A DNA stretch of 62,399 nt, filler included, from Sphacelaria rigidula (taxonomy: Eukaryota), in NCBI GenBank assembly GCA_964200075.2. It is 9 parts of 9 records of this genome, joined end to end, with 100 filler letters (N's around TTAATTAATTAA, not from the genome) between each part and the next. Parts side by side here need not be neighbours in the genome. Positions count along the whole stretch, not along the records: positions 1 to 6,845 come from CAXNAA020017796.1; positions 6,946 to 13,790 come from CAXNAA020017797.1; 7 more parts are not named here. The stretch is one strand, 5' to 3'. Positions within the stretch are counted from its first letter, which is position 1, and each line of letters opens with the position of its first letter. The notes below the pieces were generated by a model. That model was not told the origin of the DNA and searched no databases. It saw only the letters and a program-made list of their open reading frames with translations. The position numbers and the translations under genes are program-made. This document shows positions 1 to 11,772 of this stretch, in pieces.

Positions 1-290
1 TTGGATGACAGCCTACAATGAGTTGCTTTATTCTGTGGTATCGCCACTTCCAGAGACAGCGGCGGCTTATACACTGCCTCATGGGTGTCTCACCATTCCA
101 ACACTACGTAGAACGATCATCCCCTTTGCGCGGAGATCGGGTTCTCCCACCCCGCACAATATGACCTCAACTCGACCATCATGGTTGCCGCGAATAAACT
201 GGAACGAAAAAACGGGAACCGTAACCACGCTGCCAAGCGTACGCAGTGAGTGGCATGTTATACAACGTCGTTGCCAAACGACGCCACGCC
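1..290. repeat. Internal part of the ~550-bp C-tract-associated interspersed element (truncated by scaffold start)
   Basis: Aligns by eye with 18285-18555 and with the reverse complement of 20365-20650 (gatgacagcctaca...gtatcgccacttccagagacagc...acactacgt...). Confidence 0.85.
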
Positions 291-299
291 TGAGGGGGG

Positions 300-385
300 A
301 GGGTACTCGTCTGTTGCTTGCCTTTTAATAGCCATTTGACCAATGACCACACATCCCTTTCGAGACGGAGCACCGTTCCTACCGC
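300..385 (-). repeat. Short (~85 bp) variant of the C-tract-associated element; further copies at 481-506(-), 2967-3052(+), 4137-4221(+), 13895-13981(+), 24789-24818(+), 34724-34791(-)
   Basis: Shared sequence taggagtaggaacggtgctccgtctcgaaagggatgcgtggtcaatggtcaaatgactaaggcaagcaacaaatgagtac. Confidence 0.9.
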
Positions 386-564
386 CCATAAAGACACCTA
401 CAACATTCGGGCGCTCATAACGGTTCTTATCTACATTACACAAAAACCTCTTACATGATGAGGTAAGAGGGGAGGGGAGCATACTCATTCGTTGCTTGCC
501 TTAGTCGGAGGGGGAGGGGGAGGAGGATAGGCGATTAAAAGTACGAGAGAAGCAAAATACCGAC

Positions 565-3500
565 CATGTCTTTCGGCTTCGTCCGGGGAAAGTGCTCGTG
601 CCTTGCGTACGTCTTGTGTAGCTTGTCCAGATATTTCGCGTCGCTGGGCTTCGGCTCCGAGCACACGTTGTCGAGACTGGAACACGATGGTACAAGATGA
701 AAAAACGTAAAACAGCCAAAATAAGATAAGCCGTACTGTAGAGCTACGACGTGAGCAGAGGGATGGGGGTACGCACGCATAGGCCTTTGCCCTTTCTTAT
801 GTACTCTTTCACGATGCGTTCATTTCTCATTCTCCATATTGATCATAAAGTGGGAGACATGTACATTTTTTACCGTTCATATCGTACCGTGGGCTAATAT
901 ATAGACGCTACATTAGAGGTACAAGACTACGTGTTGATGTGCGAGTGGGTGCGCGGGGTGGGATGAAAATGAGAAAAAAGGGGGCTGGGCCGAATTCATT
1001 GTACTCGTGAATTCGTGATGTATGATAAGTGCACCAGTCAGTTTCCGTCATACTGTTCAATCCGCTTCCCTCTCTTGAGACGAATCTGTAGTCTCACGGA
1101 AGTCAACCCATCTCTCCTCCACTGCCGCACCTGCCTGACTATTTTTACACCAGACGCGAGCGATTACATACCCCAACTGCTCGCAAGGGTACACACGAAA
1201 CATGGTCCGAGAGGGTACAGGCCATCGTGAACCCGAAAGGGTACACAACAAACGCTGTTTCGAACTGGTGTAGGCCACACCGGACCCGAACGGGTACACA
1301 CACACGCGCACAGACCAAGGCGGACGAGGAGAGGGTACACACCAGGGGATGATGCCGTTCGGCCTATCGGAGAGCATCTTGATGCACTCCGTGTTGTCGG
1401 GGCAGGCGGAAACGGTGACGTCGATGCCCTCCTCTTCGTACAGCTTCAGCTCATTGTTGAATACTTGCTGGTTGAACGTGTCCTGGAGGCTCTCGTTAGT
1501 GTAGTTGATCAGCAGCTGCTCGAATTCGTTCTTGTAGTCAAAGTTCTCGAAACCTGTTTATTATCATCATTAATTATTATATATATGTTCGTGTTAGTGT
1601 TATTATCATGACCATGATGGTACGACAATTGTCCTCAAGGCTATCATTTCCGCACATCAGCCCCACCTCTCGAAGCCGCGCGTCACAAATGATACAAATA
1701 GTATCCTATTGATTGTATTGATTGATTGATGGTCGCACTTCAACTGACTCCCCAGGGGTCCATCCGTGGTCTCATGATAGACGTAGGCAAGAAAAACGAA
1801 ACTGAAACACGCTCTAAGGGAAAAAAAAAAAACTGTAGAAGAACTGCATTGTATTACCTATTGAAAATATCGTTTCTGTTCGATTCGTTCGACGTGAACC
1901 AAATAAGCAACCAAATAAAAGTCCTCAACTCACTCTCACCCATTGAGCGCCCGACAGATGGACACTCATCTGAGTATAAGACGTCAAATTCACGAGTAAA
2001 AATGATGCTGATTCAACAGACGGACAGACACACCTGCGGGGGGCAAAGACCTCAAATCTTTCACCAGTACAGAAAAAGCACTAATTTTGGCTTCTAGGCG
2101 AGACTCGTCCAAATTAATGGGGTTAGGGTAGGATCCAGTACTATTTCAGGTATACTGTGAAAAGGTGTTTTCCTTGACAGACACTTGTGGGAATTTGTCC
2201 CTTCCATGCGGTAATTTCCACGTAATCTTTTCCTTTCATGAACTTCTCGAAGGTTTTGTAGAACATCATTTTACGCTGGCGAGCGGTTTGTAACTTCCCT
2301 TTTACGTCACTTGTCATCTACGCTTGCTGAGAACTTCCAAACAACAATCGCCGTACGAGATATTTCGTGCGTTTAGAAAACTCTCCTTCAGAAGGTATTC
2401 ATTTTTCTGGCTCCCACCATTTAGATGCGATCCGGGATTTAAACCCGGGACCTTCTAGTCGTGAAGCGTACGAGTCATCTCATGGTGTCGCCAATGTGAA
2501 AAGGTGATTACTTGACAGACACTTGTGTCACTTCTATGTATGGTTCCCATGATACCCGGAAATAGCCGATGACGCACATACGCACTCACACGCCGTTTAT
2601 ATATCGTTGACATGCAAACAAGACACAACGGGCTGCACCGAGGCGGACGATGATTGAAAACAAGAAAAGGAGAGAAGAGAAGAAAAAAAAAAATCAAAAC
2701 TCGACAGGTTAAATTTCTGCAATATTGTTTTTCTAGGTGGTTCATATCACACGCGTCACTCGAAAAACTATGTCGGGGGTATTTTTCGGTACCAGTACTA
2801 AAGTAGGTCTTAGTCTCCAGGTTCTTTCCTTTCTCTTCTCTTCTCTTCTCTTCTCTTTCCTTTCCTTTCCTTTCCATTTTTTTCCTCAGTTTTACTCCGA
2901 ATATTCTTCTGTTCATATGTTATTCCTTTCCCGCCCTTTCCCTTCCCCTCCAAATGTTGGGGCTATCTATATTAGGAGAAGAAACGGTGCTCCGTCTCGA
3001 AAGGGATACTTGGTCAATGGCAAAACGACTAAGGTCAGCAACAAATCAGTACACCCTCCCCCCGTTCCTCCCCCTCCATTTCACTCGAGTTTCTTTTGAG
3101 GAAGTGAACGTTTCCGTTTAATTTCATCTTGGATACGGCACATCTGTTTGTGAGAATCTGGCTGGAACCGTAGCGGATTGCTTGATGTGTGACGATATCA
3201 CAATCTAAGGCGTTTACCGAGTACGGAGGCAGAAAATGGGCTGATTCCCTTGATACAGACCACGGAGTCATCCCGCGGAAGGGGAGCGGTTGACATTAAA
3301 ATGTGATCGAGCGAAAAATAAAATAAAAAATGATAGCAACAAAAAAGGACCAACGGTGACAATAACAACAAAAATTAAAACCGCCCGCTTACATGATAGA
3401 AAACAGGTACGAAAGTGGTCATTTCGAACCAGGGTGTACATGAAATCACAGCCCCGTGGGGAAGGGTTTGGCGAAGATGCAGTACGGTAGAGTTCGCGCC

Positions 3501-5407
3501 AGAAGAAGCTAATATAACATATCTACGTTCTGTGCTGAAATTCCAAAACGCTGTGGACTGCAGTACTTCTCCATGTTTTTTGCGTGTCGAATAAAAACTG
3601 TCTTATAATATGAGCGGCAGCTTCCATCTGGAGGGCTTGGGATACCGTTGGATTGAACCAGTCACACGGCAGACAGTAGCAACAGGAAAACAGGAACCGA
3701 TACTACTATTATACCACACAACACAACAGAAGAGAACGGCAGGTACCAATGGTATCATTCCAAGGGTCGAGCGAATGATGATTCTTCTGAAAATTACTTG
3801 CTGTCAGTGTCATTGCTTCGTACCGTACGAATCAATCCTTGGGCTTTGTTTTCGGCGTTGCACTGCACCCCAGGCACGTGGAATAGGACTGGAATGACGT
3901 CAAGACTTTGTACCCCATGGTCAACTTATTTCTCTATGCCGAGCGACAAGGCCTGAGGAATCGTAGATTTTGGTGACTTGAATCGGCGATGATGCGTCCG
4001 ACCAGGAGAAAACGATGGCTGTACCAGGAGATAGATGGTGGCCACAGAAGGGGAATCAGGACGGGGATAAGATATGTAAACGGTTTCTGTGTGATGTATG
4101 GGAAGAAAAGTGATGAGCACCGAAATGTTAAAGATGTCTCTATTAGGAGTAGGAACGGTGCTCCGTCTCGAAAGGGATGCGTGATCAATGGTCAAACGAC
4201 TCAAGCAAGCGACAAATGAGATCCCCCCCCCCCCCAATAAAAAAATCGACAACGACTTGCCGAATATGTCGAGCACGCCGATGAAGGGCAAGCTGTCCTC
4301 TCCCTTTCCGAGAGACTTGTTTATAAGCCGCACTATCCACGAAAACAACGCCTGCGCGCGATCGACATGAACAAAGACAAGAAAAAACGTACATTTCGAT
4401 AAAAGGGAAGACGGACAAGGGACAGGAAAAAACGATGAGCGAGGGGGAATAATGTCCCTGCGCGCGCCCAAACGAATGAAGACCAAATATGGAAACAGAA
4501 CAAGCAACCGATTTGAATAAGTAAGTGGACGTGTTTGTACGCATTAAAGTAAGAGCAAAGCGTGCGCGCCCGAAGGAAAGACAGAAATGTAATATATAAA
4601 AATCAACATGTAACGAGATATCCCTAGTCTGTTAAGATCGGAACAACGGAAGGAATCTCTTTGAGAAGAAAAAAAAAACAAGAAGAGACAAGAACGGCAT
4701 CTGTTCGCGCCCAAGTACAAACGACAAAATGATATACACCTGTAGAAAGAAAAAAAGGAAAAACAAACCGTAAAGAGAAAAAAAATGTGAGCACCGTCTG
4801 AGCACCCAACGTAACGACAGAATCGCAAACCCAAGCCGTGAAAACCACAGGATGAAGTCACGGGGAAGAAAAAGAAGGTGAATGAAGAAACAGTAATATC
4901 TGTGAGCGTCCCAAACGCATAAGACAAGGTGGCACTTTGATGACACACACACTGTGTACAAACTGTGAAAACGAAACAAGAGAAACATACAAAAACATAA
5001 AAAATATTTAAAAAAAGACCCAGATCATTGCAGGAAAACGAAACTCGTCACCACATGAAGAGACAATCCTCGAGTATAAAGGATACGGATCGAAGCAAGT
5101 ACAAACGTGCGTAGATACAAAAAAAAGGGAGAAAAGAAAATCACAAAATCAAGTACAGCAACAAAAAAACAGATGGAAAAAAAAAAAACAGAAGGAATGA
5201 AGAAACGAAATAACACAGAAAAAACGCATCGGCCTAGAAACATACCGCGTAGAGCGCCTTGACGACGGCATCGCGCGTTCGCTCGGCATCCTGCACTTCC
5301 AGCTGCTTCGTGAAGACCTCTGCGACCGTCTTAACCTCCCTCTGCGTAAGCATGGCATCTACAGACGACGCTTCCACTCCCACCAGACCCGCGACGAATT
5401 CCAATGC
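565..5407 (-). CDS. Myosin motor (head) domain, 4 internal exons: 5246-5407, 4261-4351, 1343-1553, 565-676 (gene partial at both ends)
   Basis: Exons splice in frame to ...RDAVVKALYA|ALFSWIVRLINKSL...FIGVLDIFG|FENFDYKNEFEQLLINYTNESLQDTFN...EEGI...GIIPC|LDNVCSEPKPSDAKYLDKLH..., i.e. myosin RDAxxKxLY, switch-II DIFGFE and relay-helix FEQLxINYxNExLQ motifs; AG acceptors at all four exons, GT donors at three, GC donor at 4260-4259. Confidence 0.95.
1185..1342 (-). repeat. Degenerate minisatellite at the 5' end of a myosin intron
   Basis: gggtaca(c/g) recurs at about 1187, 1213, 1239, 1292 and 1333 with semi-conserved flanks. Confidence 0.6.
1708..1835 (-). mobile_element. 3' end of a (CAAT)n-tailed non-LTR retroposon (LINE/SINE-like); other copies about 6000-6253(+), 15125-15390(+), 49480-49665(-)
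   Basis: Common 3' end ...gaccacggctggaccc..gggg.tcagttaaagtgcg(a/g)c followed by (CAAT)n, T-rich body, variable 5' ends. Confidence 0.8.
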
Positions 5408-5431
5408 CTGTTGTTACGTTCATGGCAGTTT

Positions 5432-5767
5432 CAGTAGAGCTGATGATTTGTACGTAAACAACTGTTGGTACTCGATTTTACTTGATTTCAGACTGAACAA
5501 AGTTCGGAGAAAATTCATGGTCTGGGGCAGGTGAGCAGTGGTGAACAGAAGACCCAGCTAGTCCAGAACGTGTTTTGGTCCAAAATGGGCTGAAAGGCGT
5601 CGATTTGAGCTCTGGCAACGCACACTTCTCCTAGGGGACACTCTGCACCCCCTTGCCCGAGGGTTCTCGGTTTGCCTTGGTCGGGGTTAGGGTTAGGGTT
5701 AGCGTTAGAATTGGCGGCATCTCCTTAGTACCAACCATTGTTTACGTACAAATCCTCGGATCGCCTC
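5432..5767. mobile_element. ~335-bp MITE with internal TTAGGG repeats, 8-bp TSD (hAT-like)
   Basis: Perfect TSD ggcagttt at 5424-5431 and 5768-5775; imperfect TIR gatttgtacgtaaacaa..gttggtact; gggttagggttagggttagcgttag inside. Confidence 0.85.
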
Positions 5768-6221
5768 GGCAGTTTTGTTCAATGACAGTCGCGATGCACA
5801 ACAACGCAATCGACGGACGATGAAGACGCCTGGGCAAATCACCTACACAAACGTTGATCATGTCCTTAGTCGGTGTCTCTGCGGTGCCCACTGCTGTCTG
5901 CATCTACTCTACTGTCCTGAATCCCTTCGGCTTTTCCCTCTTCGTGATAATTTTACTCCATTATTTTTGCTATCTCCTTCCTTCTTTCTTCCCTTTCTTT
6001 TTAATTCTTGTCCTTGTTTTAGGTCGGCCATTTCTTTCGGTGCTTTGCTTTGGTTGACTTTTTTACTATTTTATTTTTTTCACGTCTCAGTCTGCTATGT
6101 CGGTATGTTCGATTTTTTTCTTCTGTTCTGTTCTTCAGCGAGTGTTTTCAGTTTTGCTTTTCTTGGGTACGTCTAAAATGCGACCACGGCTGGACCCATG
6201 GGGGGGGCAGTTAAAGTGCGG

Positions 6222-6253
<32 letters not shown>

Positions 6254-6254
6254 C

Positions 6255-6591
6255 GAGGTCAATTTTACCACTTGGTCGATTGACTCTCGAAAGAAATTCT
6301 CGGGAGCATATCATCTCGAACCAGCGCTAACACTAATCCTGACCCCAACCCAAGGCATACTGAGAACCGTCGAGCGGGGGGGGGGAAGCATTCCCTACGC
6401 AAAAGTGTGGCGATGGTAGACCTCAAACCGCGCGGCAGGACACGATTTTGACAACAACGCGTTCTGCGCTCCCTAGGAGCACTTGGGGCTGTCAGCTCCA
6501 CTGAAGATCCGAATATCGCTGTTCACATTCAAATCAAGTCATAAAAATCCGGGAAAGTTCTAATCGACCAAGTGGTAGGTACACTCTACTG
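6255..6591. mobile_element. ~335-bp TTAGGG-type MITE, opposite orientation, different TIR subtype
   Basis: Termini gagg.../...ctactg, TIR core taccacttggtcgatt, internal ctaacactaatcctgaccccaacccaagg. Confidence 0.7.
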
Positions 6592-6845
6592 ACGCGAACC
6601 TTCATCTAAACATACACGAACCTCCACACAGTCACACCTTCGTACAATCACAATAGTCAACACGCGATTAGTTGTTAATTCTCGGCCCACTACGATACCA
6701 CCACGTATCCCAATGCAGTGCTGTAGACACCGATATGCCACCGAGAACAGCCAGAAATGCCCTGACACGGGGATGCTATCCAGGGGTGTACTCATGATCA
6801 TGCATGCCATAGTCATCAGACCATTGACCTCGCATCCGTACAAAA

Positions 6846-6945
6846 NNNNNNNNNNNNNNNNNNNNNNNNNNNNNNNNNNNNNNNNNNNNTTAATTAATTA
6901 ANNNNNNNNNNNNNNNNNNNNNNNNNNNNNNNNNNNNNNNNNNNN
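6846..6945. other. Artificial scaffold spacer (N44-TTAATTAATTAA-N44); also 13791-13890, 20736-20835, 27680-27779, 34624-34723, 41568-41667, 48512-48611, 55456-55555
   Basis: Identical 100-nt spacers with a six-frame stop linker; intervening segments are 6845, 6845, 6845 and then 6844 bp six times. Confidence 0.98.
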
Positions 6946-9900
6946 GACCCGAAACAATATTTTGGATTTCAAAGACATGCGGGTGATGAGCTCCAACCAC
7001 GCTCCACGGACCAGTCCTCGTCGCCATCAATTTTGGCGTAACTCCCGGGCGAGGCACGCGTGCATTTAAAACATAATCGCCTACTTCAAAATTCGGCAAT
7101 TCCAGCCCCGACGGGGACCCCTCACATCTACGCGCACGTTCAGCTGCAGCACACTCCTGCACTTGAACGTGGAAACGTTCTTGCAAGTCCAAGACTCCTT
7201 GCAATGCACTCTTAATTTGAACATCGTCCAGAACATCACATTTCCATTCTCCCGCCGACGAGGATGCCAGCACCGACAAAGATGTTTGAGGAGCACGGCC
7301 AAACATCACGTGATACGGCGTACTATCGTACCGACGGCGATACGCTGTATCTAGCGCCCATTGCATAGCGGGTAACATATCCACCCACTCGATCACCTCT
7401 CGACGCTGCTCGAGAAGAATAGAACAAAGAGCACGAAATATCGTCTTGACCATGCGTTCGCACGTACCATTAGACCACAGAGAATACGCTACCACAAACT
7501 GGTGATCAACGCGCAAAGCCTCTCGCAACCGAGCCAATATCGCATTCTTAAAATGCGTGGCGGTATCACTTACCCACACACGGGGCACCCCCAAACGTTT
7601 GCACCAATTCAGCAAAGACGCAGCAGTCGATTCGGCAGTACACACTGCTACTGGTTCCAGAGCCACAAAATTGCTCAAATCATCCATGATTGCCAAAATG
7701 TATCGAAACCCAGCATTCTCCGACAAACCTTGGGAAGCTAGCGGGCCACTGTCGCCCACGTGCAAGAAGTCAAAATAGACGACTTCATTCGGCGTGGTTC
7801 CATGGACCGTTTCGCCGAGCGGGCGGGGAACAACATCGCCCGCCCTAAAGTCAGCACAGTGAAAGACACTGGCGGACGAATTCGCGCACATTAGTTTATA
7901 TCCCCTGCCAGACACAAAACTCTTGCAAGCGCACGAGCGTCGCAGCCACACCACGATGCCCAGCGTCGCGCATGTGCGCGCTAATCATCAGACGTACCTG
8001 CAACTGCTTGTCAGAGCTCGGGATCCACAAAATGTTTCGGCCACGCACATGCACACTAAACAGATCTTCATTGTCCAAGATAGCAGCACCAACGTCCGAC
8101 TCAAAAGATTGCACATCCGCATCTTCGGCCTCGAGGTCTTTTCGTTGCGCATGGCGGACAACAGATTTCCAATGCATCTGTGAACCCTTGAAATTACCAC
8201 TAAGAGAAGCCAGCGCTTCATGCGTCATGTCTTCAACCGGCAACCGTTGTTGCATTTTTGCGTCATGCACCTGCGTTACAAAACTACCCCAATGGCACTC
8301 AAATGTATCCGGAAGCATCGACACCTGACAATCAGGACGAGGATGGAGCAGCGTCACTGCATCAGCCACCAGATCCTTCGCTGCCGCCCACGCCTGCAGC
8401 CTGCCCTCCGTCCACGATGCAGCCTTCTTCGGAAACCCCATATCCGGACTGGACTACCCCGCGTGCGAATTCCGTAACACTAACCCAAGCGCCAAAAGAG
8501 CCGCTATGCACAATGCCAACCAACTCGACTTCACTGGATCGTACCGCCGCGGCTTCGTCTTCACCGCGGACGCCCCAGGTTTTGGCTGAACACGCATGGG
8601 CTCCACGCGCGCAGGGGGATCACCCCGCAGCGCACGACGAAACGCGTTGACGCGGCAATGCAATATACCGCGCAGGCGCTCCACTTTTGAGACGCTGAGG
8701 CTTTTCGCCCCAGCATCCGTCACGCTCTCCTCCAGCGCGACCTTCCGAGCGGACTCCTCTTCCGCCGGATCAATACATATCTCCGGGCCGCGCTCTACCA
8801 AGCGTTCCACCGCCGCATTCCGCTCCTCGGTCACCTGCCCTCCATCCTCCTGAAAAGCATCCACCGACAAGCTCACGCGACGACTGCCCAAAACGGCGGG
8901 CGTCTCCAAGCGTGGACCAGGCGAAGACATCCGCGTCTTCATGGAGTCCCACAACCGCCAAGCGTTGACTCCAATATCCTGAGCCATCGGCAACCCCAGA
9001 AAAATGACGCCATCCGACCCCGGCATGATCACAAACGAGATCAGAGGCAACTGCGCCGGCCCCCAAGAAGTCATCAAAGTTAGCTGCAGCGGAACAATAC
9101 GCTCTGTGACGCAAACATGCTGACCCGACGCGATGACGGCCTGCCGCGCCCCGAGAGAAAACGGAGTGCGCAGCGGCACACCCGGGAGAAGACGCTCCAA
9201 CTTCTCTACAATCTGTACCGACAGACTCACATGACCCGTCCAGTGGGCGCCAGAATCCCATTTAGCCTCTACTGAATTGGCTTCCCGCGCCCGGTGATTC
9301 GGGAGATATAGCTCTGCAGGAATATATATTGCCTTGATACTCGACGGGCACCTGCTCCACCTGATTGTTCGTGATCCCTACTTGGCGCCACGGCTGCGCG
9401 CGCGGCGCAGGCATAGACGCCCCCGCTGGGGTCACTGGCAGCGCCGGCGGGTACGAAGCCCCGCCCGCAGAACCAAATTGCAGCGATACTCCGGCCGACG
9501 CAACGGCGGATCCAAATTTCAGCTGAAATCCGACCTGCTCCGCCGCAGGCGTCTCGCCTTGCTCTGCTGCCGGCGGCGCCGGTACCGAGCCCGACACTAG
9601 AGCGGTCGGTCCCACCTGCACCGCCCGTTGCGGAGCAGCAGCCCCTGCGGCTGAACCGGACCCAGAACCGGACCCCTGCTGACGCAGCTGCCCCTGCTAC
9701 GGCTGCGGTTGGGAACTCGACTGTACACCTCCACCGCTGGAGGATCCGCCTCCGCCACCACCCCGATTACCTTTCCCTCCTTTGTGATTGCGAGGGCGCG
9801 AGGCACTCGTCTGCCCAGACTCCCCCTCAGAAGGCGTTGAGCACTTCCGTACAATGTGACCTACCTGGCCACACTGATAGCAAGTAATATTGGCGGCGGC

Positions 9901-11115
9901 ACTGCCTGCGGATTTTGATCCGCGGTCACGCGAGCTCGAAGACTGCGGCGACGAAGTGGATGATTTTCCGAATACTTCGACCCGCCGCCATGCCTGAGCT
10001 TCAGCCAACACTGTATACATGACTAAATACGGGTCCGACTTCCAGTTTGTTTCGTGCTGTAACTGTACCAGCACGGCCTGCTTAGATTCCGCCGGTGCCA
10101 GACCCTCCACCATCGCTTTCATGACGACCGCAGCGGGCCCTGGGCGAAATTACCCATCGGACGAACGATAAACCATCTCTACGTTGGAATTTTCCGAAAA
10201 ATACGTCTCCAACTTACCCATTATGGGCTCCACCCTCTCACGCATGGTTCTCCCCTTGTGGTTCATTGCGACAGCCCTCGCCACGGCCGCGGACGCTTGA
10301 GTAAGCTCTACCTCCGCGCCTGCCGCATGCCCTGCGTGCTTCTTTATCGCTGCGACCAACTGCAGCGGCGTTATGGTATGCTTTTCATGGAACCTTCTCG
10401 CGAAGACGCGTTGGAGGGGGGTAGGCACCAGTTGCGCTATAGAAATCACCTGATGCCTTGCCGCATCCCCCGCATTCGCATGCTCCACCCTCCTCTTTTA
10501 TTCCACGTATTTCGTGTCAAACGAACGAGAAGCACCCTCAGAATACAAATTCCCGTAACTGGGCGGCCGCAACTCTTCCCTTAGAACGAATGGGGTTACA
10601 GTCGCCTCCGCTGGCTCTATTGCCGGTACCTCGGTAGTCGACATTCTCGAGCGGAAAATCGAAGATTTCTGAAACCTTCTCGAATTTCAATTAACATCTG
10701 CCTTCTTCGCCGCTCCACACAGCCCTGGGGTCCTATGAACACCCGCTGCACGCAGCTCCAGCAAGTCTCTAGTCTGGATCAATCACGGGCCAGCCGCCTT
10801 TGCAGCTACCTCAGCTTGAAACTTCCTCACGCGTCCGTGAAGCTCTATGCCCGAAGCTCTCACAAGCTGTCCAGACTTCTGCCTGCTGAAACATTTCCAG
10901 CAGTCTCCTAACGATAGCACTCCTAGCACTCCTAGCACTCCTAGCACTGATATCAATATTGTAACGCCAGCAGGTTGCTAGTACTGCAGCGTCTAAATGC
11001 TGTTGAGGGACTCCCCAGTTCCACTGGCCTCAAGGTCTCAGTTGTCAGCCTTCACAACACCTTATCATTTCCGGAGTAAACAGCTGCAGCCCCGTACCGT
11101 CAGGGCTGGGCTACA
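6946..11115 (-). mobile_element. Ty3/Gypsy LTR retrotransposon, degenerate and internally deleted, 3' part cut by scaffold end
   Basis: Order gag (about 10644-9697, knuckle CYQCGQVGHIVRKC), protease/RT N-terminus (9230-8454), RT thumb/RNase H remnant (8441-8150), integrase (GHRG zinc-binding region, VYFDFL...MDDLSNF, VSDTATHF, SNGTCERM, TGPW) 8100-6946; stops and frameshifts. Confidence 0.93.
10960..11115 (-). repeat. Candidate 5' LTR (156 bp) of the Gypsy element, followed by a PBS-like sequence at 10944-10955
   Basis: Minus strand TGTAGCCCAGC...GCTGGCGTTACA (TG..CA, imperfect inverted ends), then TGATATCAGTGC resembling the tRNA-iMet PBS TGGTATCAGAGC; second LTR not in scaffold. Confidence 0.65.
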
Positions 11116-11772
11116 CAGCAAGGGTCATCATCCAGGATCCACTATGTACTCAACGTGACGGCGTGATTTCGCCACAGGGCAAAACAAGTGTCAGAGAAAA
11201 ATAACGGGCCGGTCGAGGAAATTCCTGGTCGTCTCGTCCACCTGATCGCAGATTAAGTCGATTCGGCGAAGCTTCTGAGCAGGGGAAAGGGGGGGTTTGA
11301 TGCGGCGAGCCACCTTTGCCGCCCCGTCTTTCTTGAACCACTACCGCACGGTCTCCGTACCGAAATCCAGCCCGGTGTCTTTCAACTGATCGGACATATG
11401 CCGGAGCGTAAATGACCGATTCTGCTTGTTGACGTTCTTCAGCGCCGCAACCTTTGTTGGCGTGAAGAGTGACGGGTGTTCAGTCCTTGTGTTATTCGAA
11501 AGGTCGACCTTCTGGGCTAGGTGTGGGATGTTTAACATGAATTCTCAAAATAATTCTCAAAATATATATCATGAAAATTCTCAGAAAAAGGCCCAAATGG
11601 GATATATTCTGACCTGATTTTAGTGTTGAAAACGAGGTTCTATTTCTTCTTTTTTCATCAGCTTCTTATGCGCTTTATCCTCTATAGAACCCAACTATAA
11701 GGTCATTGTCAACACCGCTGCACCCAAACAAAAAGCCGCCCATAACCGACCAGACTTATGGTACAGAGGAAG
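11116..11772 (-). mobile_element. Mariner-like DNA transposon deletion derivative (one TIR plus transposase fragment), interrupted by the Gypsy element
   Basis: TIR cttcctctgtaccataagtctggtcggttatg next to TA; minus strand VDLSNNTRTEHPSLFTPTKVAALK...TETVR*WFKK...RRIKPPLSPAQKLRRIDLI...NFLD; homologous to 49240-50245. Confidence 0.85.

Noticed and set aside
4544..5243. Phe-rich membrane-protein-like ORFs (also 5775-6176, 15017-15324)
   Set aside because: Translations of T-rich intron or retroposon sequence, not coding.
5683..5708. True telomere or chromosome-fusion scar
   Set aside because: Only three to four degenerate TTAGGG units, always at the same position inside a dispersed MITE.
6783..6845. 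Hammerhead ribozyme (CTGATGA on the minus strand; also in the GAGCTA arrays and near 37438)
   Set aside because: No GAAA after the would-be stem II, and CTGATGA is not conserved among copies of the repeat.
6890..6901. TTAATTAATTAA as a biological motif, and ORFs ending in LIN
   Set aside because: Synthetic six-frame stop linker within N spacers.
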